Under the pieces are notes generated by a model. It was not told where the DNA came from. It saw only the letters and a list, made by a program, of their open reading frames with translations, and searched no databases. From Bdellovibrionales bacterium (lineage in GTDB: Bacteria > Bdellovibrionota > Bdellovibrionia > Bdellovibrionales > JAGQZY01), in contig CAXRHT010000002.1 in NCBI GenBank assembly GCA_964230645.1, positions 1,216,001 to 1,280,000 of the forward strand: a DNA stretch of 64,000 nt, read 5' to 3'. Positions 61,135 to 64,000 of this stretch are shown here, piece by piece. The number at the start of each line of letters is the position of its first letter. Position 1 is the first letter of the stretch. Both the position numbers and the translations under genes were made by a program.

Positions 61135-62699
61135 GCTCTTCCCCTTTCATGCACAAATTCGTTATGGACGCGCTCTACTTGCTCATAGGCCTTCCACTGG
61201 ACATCTTTGCCACTCAATATTTGACTGACCTCGGATAAATTCAGAGCTTGATCCACAAAGACATCGACTTTTTCAAAACTCTGCTCTGTCCCCGCGTAAT
61301 TCGTAAAAGTTCCTGATTTCTCGGCAAAGGTTTTTAGTGGTACGAAAAGAAAGTCGCCTTGGATGTCATCAAGCTCAGGAACAAGACAAGCGCTCATCCA
61401 AACCACTTTTTTGTTTTTGGCTAGGATTTGACCTTTTTCCTTTATGTCATCATAGACCCACTGGTTTTCAGGGCCGGCAACTACGACAAGGTCTTGATCA
61501 GAGATTTTTGTAAGATCTTTTTCCGCCTTAATGCCCTGTTTTTCAAGAGCGGCTTCAAGGCCTTTTGTATTAGGATTCTTATCTCCTCTTTTTAAAAGGC
61601 CATCAAACTCATCCCACTTTTCTTCGTGGTTGGTCCAGTGGTAGACGCTATCGATACCAAACTTATCTTTCCAAAATTTCAACAAGCTTTCATACTCTTC
61701 ATTGGTGTACTGCCCCGTCAGAACAAGGCTTGCTTTTTTATTATCTGCCAACTGATCTCTTAGTTTTTTCAGAGCATCAAGGGTGAGACTGTATTCCTTA
61801 TTATTATCGGCTCGATGAATAACTTGAGTGAGACGATTTTGTTTTTTAATCGCCTTTTTCTCCCCTCTAGGTCCTTCAAATTCAGTATTCATCAAATTGG
61901 TGGACTTATAAATCTTCCGACCTTCATCACACATCCAGTATTCGTTGATCTCCGAGTACCTGGGTTTTACTCTCCATAGCCCTTCTTTATTGTAGTAGAC
62001 ATCAACATTACATCCTGTGGAACAGCCCGTACAAACAGAGGGCTTATCTTTTAAAAACCAAACCCTTTGGCGAAAGCGAAAATCTTTTGAGGTTAAAGCT
62101 CCCACAGGGCAAATATCCACAGTATTGACAGCGTAGTCATTTTCAAGTGGTTTACCAGCGTAGGTTCCAATTTCAGAGTGATCGCCACGGTTAAAAATTC
62201 CTAGTTCATGGGTTTTTGAAACTTCATCGGTAAAACGCACACAACGGGAACAAAGAATACAGCGTTCGGAATCCAGAACAATTTTACTGCCCAAGTCCAC
62301 AACCTTTTTCTTTTTCACTTTTTGCTGGCCCATTTCGGAATCGTATTGTCCATACTGCATATACTGATCCTGCAGACCACACTCCCCGGCTTGATCACAA
62401 ATAGGACAGTCCAGAGGGTGATTAATAAGGTGAAAGTCTAAGCCCCATTTGACCGCATCTTTAACTTTCTCACTTTGGTTGGTGATAACCATTCCATCCT
62501 GAATGGGCGTATTACAAGCGATTTGCAAGCGAGGATTTCCCTCGATCTCCACCATACAAAGACGACAAACACCAGCAACACTCAATCCTGGGTGCCAGCA
62601 GTAATGGGCAATGTCCTGTTCGAGCTTTTTAAAAGCTTCGATAATGGACGTTCCCTTTTCCACCTCGATTTCTTGACCATTGATCGTACACTTAAGCAT
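61131..62699 (-). CDS. nuoG: NADH-quinone oxidoreductase subunit G (shortened)
   Basis: HYCWHP, GVCRLC, NHPLDCPICDQAGEC, RCILCSRCVRF; ATG 62699 overlaps the nuoF stop. Confidence 0.92.
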   Translation of the reverse strand: MLKCTINGQEIEVEKGTSIIEAFKKLEQDIAHYCWHPGLSVAGVCRLCMVEIEGNPRLQIACNTPIQDGMVITNQSEKVKDAVKWGLDFHLINHPLDCPICDQAGECGLQDQYMQYGQYDSEMGQQKVKKKKVVDLGSKIVLDSERCILCSRCVRFTDEVSKTHELGIFNRGDHSEIGTYAGKPLENDYAVNTVDICPVGALTSKDFRFRQRVWFLKDKPSVCTGCSTGCNVDVYYNKEGLWRVKPRYSEINEYWMCDEGRKIYKSTNLMNTEFEGPRGEKKAIKKQNRLTQVIHRADNNKEYSLTLDALKKLRDQLADNKKASLVLTGQYTNEEYESLLKFWKDKFGIDSVYHWTNHEEKWDEFDGLLKRGDKNPNTKGLEAALEKQGIKAEKDLTKISDQDLVVVAGPENQWVYDDIKEKGQILAKNKKVVWMSACLVPELDDIQGDFLFVPLKTFAEKSGTFTNYAGTEQSFEKVDVFVDQALNLSEVSQILSGKDVQWKAYEQVERVHNEFVHERGRA

Positions 62700-63969
62700 G
62701 GGCTTTTCCTTTAACCTTCGAATATCCTTCTTTAATAAAAAACTCGAACTCATCACGAAATTTCGGAACAATTCCTAAAACAGGAAGTGCCGCTGCATCG
62801 GAAAGAGCACAAATCGTACGCCCTTTCATTTGATTAGCGACCTGACAGAGAAGATCGATATCACTGACACTGGCGGACCCGTCTATAACACTGCCAACAA
62901 GCTTATGAAGCCAACCTGTGCCCTCGCGACAGGGGGTGCATTGGCCGCAGGATTCATGATGATAAAAATGGGAGATGACTTTCAGCATATCCACCATGCA
63001 GCGAGTGTCATCCATTATAACGATGGAGCCTGATCCCAGCATCGTTCCCATCTCTGAAAGACATTCGTAATCAAGTGTCGCTTTTTTAATTTCCTCGGCT
63101 GTAATAATAGGAGCTGAAGTTCCACCGGGGATAGCGGCTTTTAAAGAGCGACCATCCTTCATTCCACCACATTCTTTTTCTATAAGGTCCATCAGGGGAT
63201 ACCCTAAGGGAACTTCGTAATTTCCAGGTTTGTTAACATCTCCCGCTACGGAAAATAGCTTAGTCCCTGCTGACTTTTCAGTGCCATGTTTTTTGTAAGC
63301 CGCAGAACCATCTCGAATGATATATTTAACCGCTGCTAACGTTTCTACATTGTTTACAATGGTTGGTTTGCCTAAGTAGCCCTGTACCGCTGGAAAGGGA
63401 GGCTTGAGTTTAGGCTGCCCCTTTTTACCTTCAAGAGAGGAGATCATACCTGTCTCTTCCCCACAAATATAGGCTCCAGCGCCTCGATAAATATCCATAT
63501 CGTGATCAAAACCGGAACCGAGAATATTTTTTCCTAAAAAACCAGCGTCGTAGGCTTCCTGAATAGCTTTTTCCACCACGTTTGCGGCATAGACATACTC
63601 GCCTCGAATATAAATATAGGACTTAGGAGAATTGATGGCGAAGGCCGAGATGATCATTCCTTCAATGAGTTGGTGCGGAGCTCTTTCCATCATCATGCGA
63701 TCTTTAAATGTACAAGGCTCGCCTTCATCCGCATTACAGAGAAGATAACGAGTTTCTCCATTGTCAGGTAAAAATCCCCACTTCACTCCTGTGGGAAAAC
63801 CAGCTCCACCACGCCCACGGAGACCAGCGGCTTTTACTTCGGCCACAATATCAGCCGGCTTCATCTTTAGTGCATTCGGGAGGACATCGTAACCTCCTTT
63901 TGCTTTGTAACCTTCAAGACTTCTAAAATTATCATCGTCGTAGTGTTCAGAGAGTAATTTAACTTCCAT
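62692..63969 (-). CDS. nuoF: NADH-quinone oxidoreductase subunit F
   Basis: GLRGRGGAGF, GAGAYICGEE, ESCGQCTPCREG. Confidence 0.97.
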   Translation of the reverse strand: MEVKLLSEHYDDDNFRSLEGYKAKGGYDVLPNALKMKPADIVAEVKAAGLRGRGGAGFPTGVKWGFLPDNGETRYLLCNADEGEPCTFKDRMMMERAPHQLIEGMIISAFAINSPKSYIYIRGEYVYAANVVEKAIQEAYDAGFLGKNILGSGFDHDMDIYRGAGAYICGEETGMISSLEGKKGQPKLKPPFPAVQGYLGKPTIVNNVETLAAVKYIIRDGSAAYKKHGTEKSAGTKLFSVAGDVNKPGNYEVPLGYPLMDLIEKECGGMKDGRSLKAAIPGGTSAPIITAEEIKKATLDYECLSEMGTMLGSGSIVIMDDTRCMVDMLKVISHFYHHESCGQCTPCREGTGWLHKLVGSVIDGSASVSDIDLLCQVANQMKGRTICALSDAAALPVLGIVPKFRDEFEFFIKEGYSKVKGKAHA

Positions 63970-64000
63970 TATTTTAAGTCCTTTAAAAGTTTTCTTGCGG
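63969..64000 (-). CDS. 3' end of the upstream gene, probably nuoE
   Basis: ...ARKLLKDLK* with a TAATG overlap onto the nuoF start. Identity is from gene order only. Confidence 0.45.
   Translation of the reverse strand, partial: ARKLLKDLK

Overview
Mostly core chromosome of a bacterium that I infer to be a Bdellovibrionota (Bdellovibrio-like) predator. The clues are a 277-aa flagellin, FQNC/FQGC lipoproteins, a secreted L,D-transpeptidase, many small secreted proteins and deltaproteobacterial-type rpoB/rpoC. The left third is the minus-strand tRNA(Thr-Tyr-Gly-Thr)-tuf-tRNA-Trp-secE-nusG // rplKAJL-rpoBC cluster, split between nusG and rplK by an opposite-strand galE-like + orphan histidine kinase pair. 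Next come rlmB-like/proS, coaD, ntrYX, riboflavin genes, a BlaI/BlaR1-like locus, two Cys-rich type IV pilins, clpB, fliC, a Lys-rich/acidic protein, a sigma54 activator, xerC-like, gmhB, a FecR + TPR/beta-barrel pair, recO, mgtE, ugd/uxs, several lipoproteins and nuoFGI. I see no prophage, transposase or CRISPR-cas. The most interesting signals: (1) a TGTCATCCTGAG REP-like family at four loci, each with locus-specific short tandem duplications (mostly 22 bp) trailing from the same end; (2) a BlaR1-like protease with a non-penicillin-binding sensor domain that is also encoded as a separate secreted paralogue next door, under tandem BlaI operators; (3) an H1-like polycation fused to a polyacidic tail; (4) pilins carrying CxCxxxCP/CxxCxxC motifs; (5) a sigma54-preceded lipoprotein with seven 65-aa repeats; (6) several apparently degenerate enzymes (NifS-like, MgtE D-to-N, NtrX lacking GAFTGA, RibBX). 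All calls are from motif recognition by eye; no database searches were run.
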